Part shown: positions 12,465-24,971 of the stretch, piece by piece
How the letters are laid out: the number at the start of each line of letters is the position of its first letter
How positions within the stretch are numbered: position 1 is the stretch's first letter
NCBI GenBank assembly: GCA_951406725.2
Contig: OX597838.1
Location: 20,708,001 to 20,772,000 of the forward strand
From: Octopus vulgaris
Lineage: Eukaryota
Length of the DNA stretch: 64,000 nt
Direction: 5' to 3'
Notes under the pieces: generated by a model
The model's database searches: none
What the model was told of the DNA's origin: nothing
What the model saw: only the letters and a program-made list of their open reading frames with translations
Translations under genes and position numbers: made by a program

Positions 12465-12495
12465 TATATATTTTTTTTTTTTTTTTGCTTTTTAG

Positions 12496-12597
12496 CTGCA
12501 TCAAAGTGATGACATTGATAATGATGTTGATGAAATTGTGCAGCTATTTGAGGAACGACTGCAACAACCAATTCTACACACCATGGCTTTCTGTTGA
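12496..12597 (+). CDS. SSU72: Ssu72 last coding exon (102 nt including stop)
   Basis: Poly-T tract and tag acceptor, then LHQSDDIDNDVDEIVQLFEERLQQPILHTMAFC-TGA, matching the Ssu72 C-terminus. An A/T-rich 3' UTR with AATAAA/ATTAAA motifs follows. Confidence 0.93.
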   Translation: MHQSDDIDNDVDEIVQLFEERLQQPILHTMAFC

Positions 12598-13450
12598 ACA
12601 TCATCATCTCTGACTGACTGACTGAAATAGTTTGAAGGAGGAGGAAGAAGTGAAAGAAGAAGAAGAAGAAGAAGAAGAAAATCTGGATTGATACCAGTTT
12701 TTATGTCATTTTATATTTAAAAAAAAAAAAAGAAATTAAAAAAAAAAAATAACCCAGACCATGGTAATGGGACTCAACAAATGGATATATCAAATAAAAA
12801 AAATAAAACAAATTAGCCAAAGAAAAAAATAAACAAAAAATAAAATATATACAGAAATGAGATATTAATACATCTCCCCCCCTCTACCTTTGTTTTGATT
12901 TTTCTATATTTGCAAGTCCAAGACATTTTTTGTTTCTGTTTTTTTTTTTTTTTTTGTTTTACAGCAAAAACATTGCTTTGATTAAATTTGAAAAAAACTT
13001 CCAGTCAATTTTTTTTTTTTTTTTACTTAATTTTCATGTCTTTCTTTCCATCTACCCACCCACCCACCCATTTTCCACTCCTTTTCGTATTTTTGTTCAG
13101 TAATATATTTTTTCCACTCTGCATCCTTCCCGAACCCCCCACCCACCCACCCACCATATCTACCCAAATTACAAAAGATGTAATGTTTTGGTGAGGAATT
13201 TAAAATTGTGAGAAAATACTCAATATTAAAAAATTGACTTTTGTTTTGTATTTATTTTGTTGTATGTATATGCTTTATTAAATTTATCAGACAATATCAC
13301 ATTTGAGGGGTCACAGCACTTGCACTATGGACATGTGATTAGATTAGGGTTTCTCAACCGGGTTCCATATAAGATTTTGGTGGGTCCACACAAAATAATA
13401 AACTGTGGATCCACAATAGTATATTAAAGGTCCATGAAAAAGTTTTGCTT

Positions 13451-13680
13451 AAGGCGGCGAGCTGGCAGAATCGTTAGCACGCCGGGTGAAATGCTTAGTG
13501 GTATTTCGTCTGCTGTTACATTCTGAGTTCAAATTCCACCGAGGTCGACTTTGCCTTTCATCCTTTTGGGGTTGATAAATTAAGTACCAGTTGCATACTG
13601 GGGTTGATATAATCAACTTTATCCCTTTGTCATTGTTTGTCCCCTCTATGTTTAGCCCCATGTGGGCAATAAAGAAATAA
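13451..13680 (+). mobile_element. tRNA-derived SINE with Nin-domain-like core (family A, representative copy)
   Basis: GGCGGCGAGCTGGCAGAA (A box)...GAGTTCAAATTCC (B box), then GACTTTGCCTTTCATCCTT..GGGGTCGATAAA. Other copies at about 1948-2170, 33856-34088, 48667-48880 and many fragments. Confidence 0.85.
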
Positions 13681-13683
13681 CAT

Positions 13684-14083
13684 AGGCGCAGGAGTGGCTG
13701 TGTGGTAAGTAGCTTGCTAACCAATCACATGGTTCCGGGTTCAGTTTCACTGCGTGGCATCTTGGGCAAGTGTCTTCTGCTATAGCCCCGGGCCGACCAA
13801 TGCCTTGTGAGTGGATTTGGTAGACGGAAACTGAAAGAAGCCTGTCGTATATATGTATATGTGTGTGTGTATATATGTTTGTGTGTCTGTGTTTGTCCCC
13901 CTAGCATTGCTTGACAACCGATGCTGGTGTGTGTTTACGTCCCCGTCACTTAGCGGTTCGGCAAAAGAGACCGATAGAATGAGTACTGGGCTTACAAAGA
14001 ATAAGTCTCGGGGTCGATTTGCTTGACTAAAGGCGGTGCTCCAGCATGGCCGCAATCAAATGACTGAAACAAGTAAAAGAGTA
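13684..14083 (+). mobile_element. Full-length CORE-like tRNA SINE with internal (TA/TG)n (family B, representative copy)
   Basis: GGAGTGGCTGTGTGGTAAG...GGTTCAG...CTTGGGCAAGTGTCTTCT...GCTCCAGCATGGCC..AATGACTGAAACAAGTAAAAGAG. Minus-strand copies at about 560-925, 5165-5480, 35399-35727, 52418-52780, 57945-58330 and 59085-59482. Confidence 0.85.
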
Positions 14084-14908
14084 ACATAAATATGTATAAA
14101 ATATTATTAAGGTTGCAAGCTGGCAGAAACGTTAGCACGTCGGGCGAAATGCTTAGCGGTATTTCGTCCGCCGTTATGTTCTGAGGTTGACTTTGCCTTT
14201 CATCCTTTCGGGGGTCGATAAATTATAGTTTCTTCAAGCCAAGCCAACCAATAGAACACTTAGGGGTAGACCAAGAATGAAATGATTGGATGATATCCTT
14301 GGTTTCAGGTGGTCATGTTTGAGAATCCAGCCAGAAAGAGTAATGATGGTTGCTTCTGACGAGACGCTATCGAAGGGGGTACCTGAGGACTCTTCCAGGA
14401 ATAGTGGCGGGATAGATACCTTATTAGAGAGTGTGAGGCAGCTTTATGCTTAGCGACAAATAGTCAAATTTTTCAGACCAAAAAGAAGTAGATCGACTTA
14501 TACATCAAAGGTATGGATGTGGGTGGAAATATTTTGTTCATAGATATTGCATAATTAGATCCAACTTCGGGACATACTACTACTACTGCTGCTGCTACTA
14601 GATATATTTACATACTATGCTTGGCCACCATCATATTTACCAAACCCCTCCTCCACCAAAGTCACCAGCACTCTAGTTATTATTAGTACTAGTAATGCCA
14701 ATGCCATTAATAAGGTTAACAAGGCCACCACAACCACCAACAACATGACCTACAATTACTAGTTTTTGTCATTACCTCTTCAATTTTGGAGAACCAAAAA
14801 AATAGTGATGTTTGAATGCTTACACTACATACTTGGTCGACTTGTATACCTGAAAATGGGGTAACTGGGATGACAGGGTACTCCTGTTGGACCTGTACAT
14901 AGTCATGA

Positions 14909-15279
14909 GGAGGCGCAATGGCCCATTGGTTAGGGCAGCGAACTCGCGGTTTCGATTCCCAGACCGGGCGTTGTGAGTGTTTATTGAGCGAAAACACCTA
15001 AAGCTCCACGAGGCTCCGGCAGGGGATGGTGGTGATCCCTGCTGTACTCTTTCAGCACTACTTTCTCTCACTCTTACTTCCTGTTTCTGTTGTACCTGTA
15101 TTTCAAAGGGCCGGCCTTGTCACTCTCTGTGTCACGCTGAATATCCCCGAGAACTACGTTAAGGGTACACGTGTCTGTGGAGTGCTTAGCCACTTACACG
15201 TTAATTTCACAAGCAGGCTGTTCCGTTGATTCGGATCAACCGGAGCCCTCGTCGTCGTAACCGACGGAGTGCTTCCAAC
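14909..15279 (+). mobile_element. tRNA-derived SINE (family C, representative copy)
   Basis: GGCGCAATGGCCC..TGGTTAGGGCAGCG...GTTTCGATTCCC head with shared body AAAGCTCCACGAGGCTCCGGCAGGGG. Related copies at about 6160-6445, 61600-61897 (-) and 62670-62960. Confidence 0.8.
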
Positions 15280-17606
15280 ATAGTCATGAGTTCAAATCTT
15301 GCTATTTTTTTTTTGTTTTTGCTGCTTTCATGGATTCCCATGATTCTTTGTTGCCATCCAATTCCATTATTATGAATTTGAATTGGGAGCTTCTGTCATA
15401 CTGAATCTTTCATAAGCTGATTACACTCCATACTGGAGTATTGCCTTGAAGAATTTTTAGTCAAATATATTGACACCAGTGCATTTTTTTTTAAAGCATG
15501 ATACTTATTCTATCAGTCTCTTTTGCTGAACTGCTACGATACAAGGATGTAAACAAACCAGCACCGGTTATTAACATGTGTAAACATATATACTTACACA
15601 CATACATACATGGGCTTCTTTCACTTTCTGTCTACCAAATCCGCTGTCAAGGCTTTGTTCAGCCCATGGCTATTGCAGAAAACATTTGCCCAAGGTGCCA
15701 CACAGTGGGACTGAACATGGAAGCATGCTTCTTCTTACCAGATAGCCACACTGGCTTCTCCATGACCCTGCTTATATCAACACAATCCTAGTGTATTCTT
15801 ACAAAATTTGAAATTTGCTTTGTTTCATCTATGTATCCAGCTTGGCATAGCTTTTACAGGAATTTCTCTCTCAGACTTGCAGAACCATCATCATCATTAT
15901 CTAAAGTTATTTTTCCATGCTTGCATGAGTAGGACAGATTTTCTATGGTCAGATGCCCTTGCCCTGTCAGTAACCCTCACCTGTTTCCAAGCAAGGTAAT
16001 ATTTCTTCATGGCAAGACATGTCCTTGCAGAATATTGGGAAATGAACAACACTGCTTGTGTAACAGTGACACTCATTTACAACAATCATGTGACTTCAAG
16101 ACAAAGCGATACAAACACATGATGGGCCCCATTCAGTTTCTGTCTACCATATCCACTCACAAGGATTTGATCAGCCTGGAGATATGGTAGAAACACTTGT
16201 TCAAGGTTCCACACAGTGGGACTGAACTCAGAACCATGTGGTTGAGAAGCAAACTTCTTACCACACCATCTATATAACAATTTTAGCATTAATTACTCAT
16301 CTTGAATAAAGAGCATCATCATCATAACCTCTTTTCAAGTTGGCATGGATTGGACAGATGGTTACATACCATGTCAGTTCCTTTTAGAGTTATTGCCCTC
16401 TTAGACATTTTAGGGGATCACTTCTTGCCCATTCTTTATATTTTGCCATAGCCTCTCGGGCTGGAAGTTCTTGCTAGCACCAATATGCAATCTTCAGCCA
16501 TTTAGCATTTAAAATGGCCAAATAAACTCACTGTTTTCTACACATACAGGCTTGTTCTTTCGGGAGCTGGTCTCACTTATAAGAAAACCTGTGCCGGTGG
16601 CATGCAAGAAGTGCCTAGCGCACACTGTAAAATGGTTGACATTAAGAAAGGCATCCAGCCATAGAAACCATGCCACAACAGACAGTTGAAGTCTGAAAAG
16701 CTCCTTGCTAGCCACCTCCATGTCAAACTGTCCAACTCCTGCCAGTATGGAAAGTGGACATTAAACGATGAGGATATCTAGCCCGTATCTTCTGTATCAT
16801 GTTTGAACCAGCCAGATTTAGCCTATCACACTTACCCTACAATGTCATTCTAAAAATAAACAATCACATCATCAAAATCACAAAGCTGCATCATTTATTC
16901 AAAACTATGTAAACAAATAAGCATTATGCAATCTGAATGCCAAAGGATCAAACAGCCAGTTGAGATGAAATTAAATGGGTTTTAGCAGTTAAACTGGCCA
17001 TATATTCTGCACCATGTTTAAACCAACCAGATTCAGCTTCTCACACTTGTCCTACAATGTCATTCTAAAAATAAACAATCACATCACTGAAATCACATGA
17101 TCGATTCAAAACTTATTAAGATTAATAAGCTTTACATTTGATTAAGAAATCATCATCATCGTTTAACGTCCGTTTTCCATGCTAGCATGGGTTGGACGGT
17201 TCGACCGGGGTCTGGGAAGCCAGGCTCCAGTCTGATCTGGCAGTGTTTCTACAGCTGGTTGCCCTTCCTAACGACAACCACTCCATGAGTGTAGTGGGTG
17301 CTTTTTACGTGCAACCAGCACAGGTGCCAGGGGAGGCTGGCAACGGCCACGATTGGTTGGTGCTTTTTATGTGCCACTGGCACGGAAGTCAGTCAATGCG
17401 GCGCTGGCATCGGTCATGTTCGGATGGTGCTTTTTTACGTGCCACCGTCACAGGTATCACAACTACAATTTCCATTTGATTTTTTGATGTTGATGTACTT
17501 GTCTGAAAGCTAAAGGGTCAAACAGCCAGTTGAGATGAAATTAAACAAGTTTTCAAAAATAAAAACAAAAGACAAGCCCAGAATCCCGATTATTATTATC
17601 TGTACT

Positions 17607-17612
17607 TTTATT
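17607..17612 (-). terminator. Probable enolase polyadenylation signal AATAAA
   Basis: AATAAA on the minus strand about 160 nt after the stop codon, followed by GT/T-rich sequence. Confidence 0.6.
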
Positions 17613-17773
17613 AGTACCCGTGCATTACATGAGTTCTAAAAGATGTATATATTCTGGTTATACAGATATTACAAATTAAATTTACAAGATACAGTAAAAA
17701 TTGACCTGTTCTTTTTTTTAAATCAGAGTCAAAAGAATGATGGAAATAGAAGAGAGGAATTTCATCACACAAT

Positions 17774-17926
<153 letters not shown>

Positions 17927-18969
17927 TCAAGTATTTTATAAGCATAGACAACTTCACAAATAGTTCAAATGTCAGCAAAAAAAAAGAAAAAAGAAAACCC
18001 CTTAGGGCTACTTATTGATAAAAGGGCAGGATTTGAACTTAAAATATTGAAAGGTGAATTAGTAACTAAATACTGCAATGCAATAGATTTCATGCTTTGC
18101 TGAATCTGTACCTAACCATCCTCAATGATATTAAAATAATCGCTAACAATGGCAGAAAGGCAGTAATTGAAGGGAAGGATACAATCAATTATAACATTCT
18201 AGGCATCTGACAAGTATTTTTATTAATGTTATCAACACTAGAAGGGACGAAAGGCAAAGTTGACTTTGGCAGGATTTGAACTCAAAACATGAAGATCCAG
18301 AAGAAATACTGTAAGGCATTTTATCTAACACTGTAAAAATCCTACCAATCTATTGTTCTATAAATGATAATTGTATCTAAATGCAGCACGCGCCCAGCAG
18401 CCTAGAATGTAAAGACCTGGGAGAAATACCGCAAAGCATTTTTACTAATCCTAAGGATTCTACACATCCACTGCCCTCAGAATGTAAAGACAGACGAAAT
18501 GTTGCTAAGGATTTTGTCTGGCATGCTCACAACTGTCAGCTTGCCATCTTTCACCACCTTAATAGTAATGATAATAAAAAGGACAAAAAGGGTAAAGACC
18601 CCCTTTGGTCATGAATGACCATGGGATGCACTTAGAAAAAGTTACTCTCTGAGGGACAAGTCTGAGCAAGGTTGTTTTTACGGAAGACCAGCAATCGCCC
18701 ATGCATGCCAGCCTCCGCTCTCCACAGCACTGATGTTATCCAAAGGAAAGGCAAAGGCTGATACAGCTAGGCACCAGTGATGTTGCATCTCATTTCTACA
18801 GCTGAGTGAACTGGAGCAACATGAAATAAAGTGTCTTGTTTAAGAACATAACACACAGGCTGGTCCGGGAATCTAACCTACTACCTCATGATTTTAAGCC
18901 TGATGCTCTAACCACTGAGCCATGTGCCTTCACCATAATGAATAGTAATAACAACAAAAATATGCTTAC

Positions 18970-19078
18970 CTGTCCAGTGCAAAGACCAACAACCAAATCA
19001 GCAATGAAAGTATCTTCAGTCTCACCACTGCGGTGAGAAACCATCACACCCCATCCTGCATCTTGAGACATCTTGCAG
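18970..19078 (-). CDS. ENO: Enolase exon (109 nt)
   Basis: [36 protein letters not shown] with the SHRSGET motif; AG and GTAAGC boundaries. Confidence 0.97.
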
Positions 19079-19702
19079 CTATTGAAGAAAGAAAGTGAAT
19101 AAAGTTTAAGGAGGAAGCATAAAATACATACCATATATGCCAGCATATGTAAGACCGGCTTTTTCTCATTCTTCAATATAACAAAGAAAATTACCATGCA
19201 TCTAATATAACTGTATTATAGAGTGGGTACTGAGTGTATGTGTATGAGTTGTCATCATCATTTAATGTCCATTTTCCATGCTGGCATGGGTTGGACAGCT
19301 TGATGAGAGCTGGTATGGCCTGGGGCTGCACCAGTTTTCATAGTCTGTTTGGCTTGGTTTCTATGGCTGGGTGCCCTTCTTAACATTAACCATTCTGTAG
19401 AGTGAACTATGCACATTTTATGTGGAACCAACACCAGTGCCTTTTAAATGGCACCAGCACCAGTGCTTTTTATGTGGTACCTTGGTTTTAGGATCTCAAT
19501 TCCGTTGTGGTGGGCATGTCTTCTCAAGTACAGCAATAAAAAAAATTCAATTTTTTTCCCCCGGCTAAATATACCAGTAGAGTGAGATTGCATCTTAGGC
19601 AAGATTGTGTGTTATACACCAACAAATAAAGCATATCATCATCATCATCATCATCAAGTGGTTAAAGATGTGAGGGGAAAAAAATGATTGTGTAATACTT
19701 AC

Positions 19703-19819
19703 GCTTTGATGGATTCAGTAACTGAACCAATCTGGTTAACTTTAAGTAGTAAGGCATTAGCAGCCTTGATATCAATTCCCTTCTGAACTCTCTTGGGATT
19801 GGTGACCAAAAGATCATCT
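19703..19819 (-). CDS. ENO: Enolase exon (117 nt)
   Basis: [39 protein letters not shown], containing the enolase signature with the catalytic Lys; AG and GTAAGT boundaries. Confidence 0.97.
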
Positions 19820-20564
19820 CTGGAAAATACAGATTGACAAATTAGATAATAACATTCATAAAGATTCAATTAGATTCTAACATTCTTATACAGATTGACA
19901 AATTTGATTCACTGACTTATCTCTTAATGTCATAACAACCACCACAACAACTGTTCATTGATGTGATAGAGAAATAATTCCACTAATAACATGAAAACTT
20001 GTGAGGTTACTTGATTTGTTAGAAAATGCAACAAATTTCCCTCAAATCATGACATTGGTTTACAAAAAATTAGAGACATTGGGAAATGTAGTCTAAGATA
20101 TACTATCCTAAAACAAAAACACATGATTTCTACAGAGGCATTTATTGCCTAAAGGACACATCCCTATTTATTCAAGGTCCAGAAAAAAGAAGTGATTCTG
20201 GATGATACATGGAGTGTGAAAGTTGGATTATACCACAATACCTTTCTTTTACTTAACCTTACACTTATAACTAGTATTGTTCATGTAAATTGCTTGCGAT
20301 ATTTGTTCCAGCTATTTACAAAGTTAAAATCTTGCCAAGATCAACCAACATTGCAAGGTTGATAAAAGTCAGTCATTCAAAACAGCTGGCCTACTGTTTA
20401 TATTAGAATCAATTATCAAAATAAGATAAGCAAAGCCAGCATAGAAATACTAAAAACTTGGGAAAGAGGCATACACACACTGATGTAGTTCATACAATAG
20501 GACATATGCTTCATGGCACACACAACTGCCCTGACCAACCACCACATAAACATGTATTACATAC

Positions 20565-20704
20565 CCAACAATCTGGATTGACATTTCTCCAGTAAACTTA
20601 GAGTAAGCTTCCCAATCATCTTGGTCAAATGGATCCTCAATTGAAGTTACAGGGTAATCCTTGACAAAACCCTTATAGAGATCAGCCAGTTCATCAGAAG
20701 TTAA
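20565..20704 (-). CDS. ENO: Enolase exon (140 nt)
   Basis: [47 protein letters not shown]; AG and GTATGT boundaries. Confidence 0.97.
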
Positions 20705-21092
20705 CTGCAAAGAAAATTAATTGAACATAATTGGCAACATATCATTTTGACTGTATTTCAAATGAAACGAGCTGCTTGTGTTAGGTTAATAAGTTTTGAA
20801 ATTAAGAATTAAAAATTTTAGTAAAATAATGCTTTCACTACTACAATGATATTTAGAAGAAAATATTCATGCATACAGTTATGATGGAAGAGTTAATTTG
20901 AAATATGGACAAAGAGGTTTTATCAGGACCAAGAGGCCTCAGGTAGATTGGCATCAAATATGTGAAAAGTAGGGCAGGTAGCCACTTGCTGTCTCCCCAC
21001 TCAAAGACTTCAAATGAATACCAGAATGGTTAAGCAGATAGGATAAAACTTCAGTATGGTAAGTAGGGCTTGCGATATCAACATTAAGTTGC

Positions 21093-21379
21093 AGAGAGAG
21101 CGGACGAGCGAGCGAGAGAGAGAGCGAGAGAGAGAGAGGGCGAGCGAGAGAGAGAGAGAGAGGGCGAGAGAGGGGGTGAGAGAGAGGGCGAGAGAGTGAG
21201 TGAGAGAGGGTGAGTGAGAGAGGGTGAGTGAGAGAGGGCGAGAGAGAGAGAGGGCGAGAGAGAGTGAGTGAGTGAGAGAGAGTGAGTGAGTGAGAGAGAG
21301 GGCAAGAGAGAGAGGGGGCAAGAGAGAGAGAGAGAGAGAGTGGGCGAGAGAGAGAGAGAGAGAGAGGGTGAGAGAGAGA
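21093..21379. repeat. Compound (GA)n microsatellite next to an enolase splice donor
   Basis: About 290-nt purine-rich tract on the + strand. Confidence 0.9.
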
Positions 21380-21384
21380 CTTAC

Positions 21385-21587
21385 CCATTTGCTGGAATCA
21401 GAATTAGGGTTCTTGAAGTCCAGATCATACTTCTTTTCTTTACAGAACTCAGATGCAGCCACATCCATACCAATCTCAATTTTGTCAGAGTAACCAGCAT
21501 TAGCAATGGCAGTTTTTAATAATTCAAGACCTTCTTTGTTGTCTTGAATATTAGGGGCAAAGCCACCTTCATCTCCAACATTGCAGG
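21385..21587 (-). CDS. ENO: Enolase exon (203 nt)
   Basis: [67 protein letters not shown]; AG and GTAAGT boundaries. Confidence 0.97.
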
Positions 21588-22559
21588 CTGGACAAGAGAA
21601 AAATCAACGTAAGAAAGTAGCTATTTTATATTAGTAAATGTCAAGTAGAGTTGTGTGTCTTGCTTAAGGACTTCAGCAAGTAAAGCGTTGTTTTGCTTGA
21701 AGTCTTTAGCAAGTAGAGGTATGTGGCTTGGTATTTAGCCTTTTAGCATTGAGACCAGCCATATTCAGCCAAGGTGGAGGCGTGTTTCTTAATGGTTAGG
21801 ATGTCAGCATCATGATCGTAAGATTGTAGTTTCGATTCCTGGACTGGGCGATGCGTTGTGTTCTTGAGCAAAACACTTCATTTCACGTTGCTCCAGTCCA
21901 CTCAGCTGGCAAAAATGAGTAACGCTGCGATGGACTGGCATCCCATCCAGCTGGGGAACATATACGCCATTGAAACCGTGAAAACAGGGCCATGAGCCTG
22001 GCTAGGCTTTAAAAGGGCGCATTTATTATTTTTTTTTATATTTATATTCAGCCAAACTATTTCATCTGTTTCATGTTCAAACCAGCCAGACCTAGCCTCT
22101 TATGCGAAACCTCAGTGTTATTCCAAAACTAAATGATCACATCAAAATCTCAAGGCTACACAATAATGCAGGATTAATTCAAAACAAAGTGAATAAATAA
22201 GCGCTACATTTGACAGTAATCTGAATGCTAAAGGGTTAGGTCAGGTTTCATTCATGAGAGGGTTCAAAATATCTCATGAGTTCAAGACAAAAGGGGAGAC
22301 ACATGGACATATTCCATCTAACTCTAGCATAGCTGCTCAATATAGGAAAGTCTTTGCTGGTCACTGCTATCATGCTGAACAATAGGCCATATTAGATCTC
22401 TCTTGGAGGCCTCAGCACTAATTGAGGATGAAGACCCCTTAACTACATAGATGTTACTAATAGAGACTAACAACATGAAGTTCAGGCTCTACTAAAGCTA
22501 ATAGAAATTGCTTTTGTGGTGTGGTGAAATGCTTCTGTTGCAGCCACTTGAAGAATGCT

Positions 22560-22930
22560 TTTAGCAAGTGGAGTTGTGTGTCTTGGCCAAGGTCTTTAGT
22601 GAGTGGAGCTGTGTGTCTTGGCCAAGGTCTTTAGTGAGTGGAGTTGTGTCTTGGCCAAGGTCTTTAGTGAGTGGAGCTGTGTGTCTTGGCCAAGGTCTTT
22701 AGTGAGTGGAGTTGTGTGTCTTGGCCAAGGTCTTTAGTGAGTGGAGTTGTGTGTCTTGGCCAAGGTCTTTAGTGAGTGGAGTTGTGTGTCTTGGCCAAGG
22801 TCTTTAGTGAGTGGAGCTGTGTGTCTTGGCCAAGGTCTTTAGTGAGTGGAGTTGTGTGTTTTGGTTAAGATCATTAGAGAGTGGAGTTTTGTGTTTTGGT
22901 TAAGGTCTTCAGAGAGTGAAGTTGTGTTGG
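22560..22930. repeat. 35-bp minisatellite GTGAGTGGAGYTGTGTGTCTTGGCCAAGGTCTTTA
   Basis: About 10 tandem copies with a 35-nt period in an enolase intron. Confidence 0.9.
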
Positions 22931-23013
22931 CTAATTGTAATAGATTGATTAATTAAAACAGAGATAGTTAGTGGTCAAAACTGCTAACTAAAAATAAAAG
23001 TTAATTTATTTAC

Positions 23014-23103
23014 CATCTTGTCCGTATTTTTTCTTAATGACAGACTTGAGATGATGATAAATCTCTGTACCCATTTTCATAGCTTCAGTGAATGATTTGG
23101 CAC
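23014..23103 (-). CDS. ENO: Enolase exon (90 nt)
   Basis: [29 protein letters not shown]; AG and GTAAAT boundaries. Confidence 0.96.
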
Positions 23104-23280
23104 CTGGAAAATATCATACAACATACAATAGGTTAGTGAGTGGGGAGAGGTGGAGGGATGGATGTCAGTAAATAAAGGTGAGGAGTATGGAGCGAGAGAG
23201 AGAGAGAGGATAAGACAGAGAAAAAGAGAAAGGGGTGAAGAAAACAAGAAAACAACAAAATGGCTAGAAAAAGTAGTTAC

Positions 23281-23422
23281 CGGTTGGGAGAATCATGAAC
23301 TCTTGCATGGCCAGTTTATTACCAGCGTGGCTACCACCATTGATGACGTTAAAGGCAGGGACTGGAAGAATAACTTCTTTGTTACCAGCCAAATCAGCAA
23401 TATGGCGGTACAGTGGAACACC
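23281..23422 (-). CDS. ENO: Enolase exon (142 nt)
   Basis: [47 protein letters not shown]; AG and GTAACT boundaries. Confidence 0.97.
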
Positions 23423-23619
23423 CTGAAAATACAAATATATTCAGTCTATATATATTTATATATATATATATATATATATTACGGAGATGTACTCGCATAG
23501 CAAGTAATTTGATCTGAGATCGTGTGCTGAAACGAAAACAATTGCAGCGTGGAAGGTGTTTATAAGCCATTTAAGAAACACACAAAAGCCGTTCGATTCA
23601 CTTCAACATTTAAGTTTAA

Positions 23620-23669
23620 TTTGTCAAAATATTTTCGTCGCTAAAATCCGCGACCTGTTCACTGACAAA
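23620..23669 (-). ncRNA. Minimal type I hammerhead ribozyme, G3-C8 variant
   Basis: Minus strand TTTGTCA-GTGAACA-G-GTCGC ggatttta GCGAC-GAAA-ATAT-TT-TGACAAA: 7-bp stem I, 5-bp stem II, palindromic stem III AATATT. Confidence 0.65.
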
Positions 23670-23685
23670 GTCCGTGCTGCATCAC

Positions 23686-23727
<42 letters not shown>

Positions 23728-24199
23728 TATAATAAGGGTGAGAGAATTATATATCTTTTACTTGTTTTGGTCATTAGACTGTGGCCATGCTGGGGCACTG
23801 CCTTGAAGAACTTTTAGCTGAATGAATCAATCCAAGGATTTATTTTACTGAAGCTTGGTACTTATTCTATTGGTCTCATTTGCTGAACCACTGAGTTATG
23901 GGGATCAAAACAGCAACACCAGTTGACAAGGCTTCAGTTTCCGTCTACCAAATCCACTCACAAGGCTCCGGTCAGCCCAAGGCGATAAATATACTATTAA
24001 ATTAGTATCTAATTCTCTCACCCTTATTAATTAATTATAATTATGCTGCATTTATTTCTAAATGCTGTATTTGTTTTCCGTGTGAGTTTGGCGCGCTGTT
24101 GGTTGGGGCATTTGAATTATAACGTCCGATGTAAAATCAATTGAACCGCACGCGTATTTATCGTTATGGTAAAATCTGGCGTGTGATTGAGTGGATTTC

Positions 24200-24299
24200 A
24201 TCCAGATAGTCTTGGCTGAAGAGCTACAAATGGATTACTGTAAGTAATATTACATTTAATTCATTAATAGCGAAACAATTGTCCCAAAATAATCTGTAT
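24200..24299 (+). ncRNA. Type I hammerhead ribozyme, canonical core, copy 1
   Basis: TTGG-CTGAAGA-GCTA...TAGC-GAAA-CAATTG-TC-CCAA with a GUC cleavage triplet (cut after 24283). Extended stem I (ATCCAGATAGTCTTGG/CCAAAATAATCTGTAT) and long stem II (AATGGATTA/TAATTCATT, TGTAA/TTACA). Confidence 0.85.
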
Positions 24300-24732
24300 T
24301 TTTGTTATTTTTTATTTGCCCTGTCCGTGTGAGCTAACAGTCGTACTGGCTTTCATGGGAAACATGTATTTTCGTGGTTGAAACATTCTGGATTAACTGG
24401 TGCTAGAGTGATCAATATAGTGACCACTCTCTTATATTTATTTTGTGAAAATATTATAATATGTTATAAAATATTATAATAATCCAGGTTTCTCGTAGCA
24501 CTAGGCCACTTGGTGTGGAATAAATATACTATTAAATTAGTATCTAATTCTCTCACCCTTATTAATTAATTATAATTATGCTGCATTTATTTCTAAATGC
24601 TGTATTTGTTTTCCGTGTGAGTTTGGCGCGCTGTTGGTTGGGGCATTTGAATTATAACGTCCGATGTAATCAATTGAACCGCACGCGTATTTATCGTTAT
24701 GGTAAAATCTGGCGTGTGATTGAGTGGATTTC

Positions 24733-24832
24733 ATCCAGATAGTCTTGGCTGAAGAGCTACAAATGGATTACTGTAAGTAATATTACATTTAATTCATTAA
24801 TAGCGAAACAATTGTCCCAAAATAATCTGTAT
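24733..24832 (+). ncRNA. Type I hammerhead ribozyme, canonical core, copy 2
   Basis: Identical to copy 1, offset 533 nt; predicted cut after 24816. Confidence 0.85.
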
Positions 24833-24971
24833 TTTTGTTATTTTTTATTTGCCCTGTCCGTGTGAGCTAACAGTCGTACTGGCTTTCATGGGAAACATGT
24901 ATTTTCGTGGTTGAAACATTCTGGATTAACTGGTGCTAGAGTGATCAATATAGTGACCACTCTCTTATATT

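Noticed and set aside
13451-13545. tRNA-like A/B boxes here and in many similar places
   Set aside because: These are SINE heads continuing into SINE bodies; no intact cloverleaf was seen.
20954-21384. Ser/Leu-rich ORF extension after the enolase exon
   Set aside because: Read-through of the GTAAGT donor into a (CT)n microsatellite.
22560-22930. CRISPR-like 35-bp repeat with an internal palindrome
   Set aside because: Units are contiguous with no unique spacers, and the context is a eukaryotic intron.
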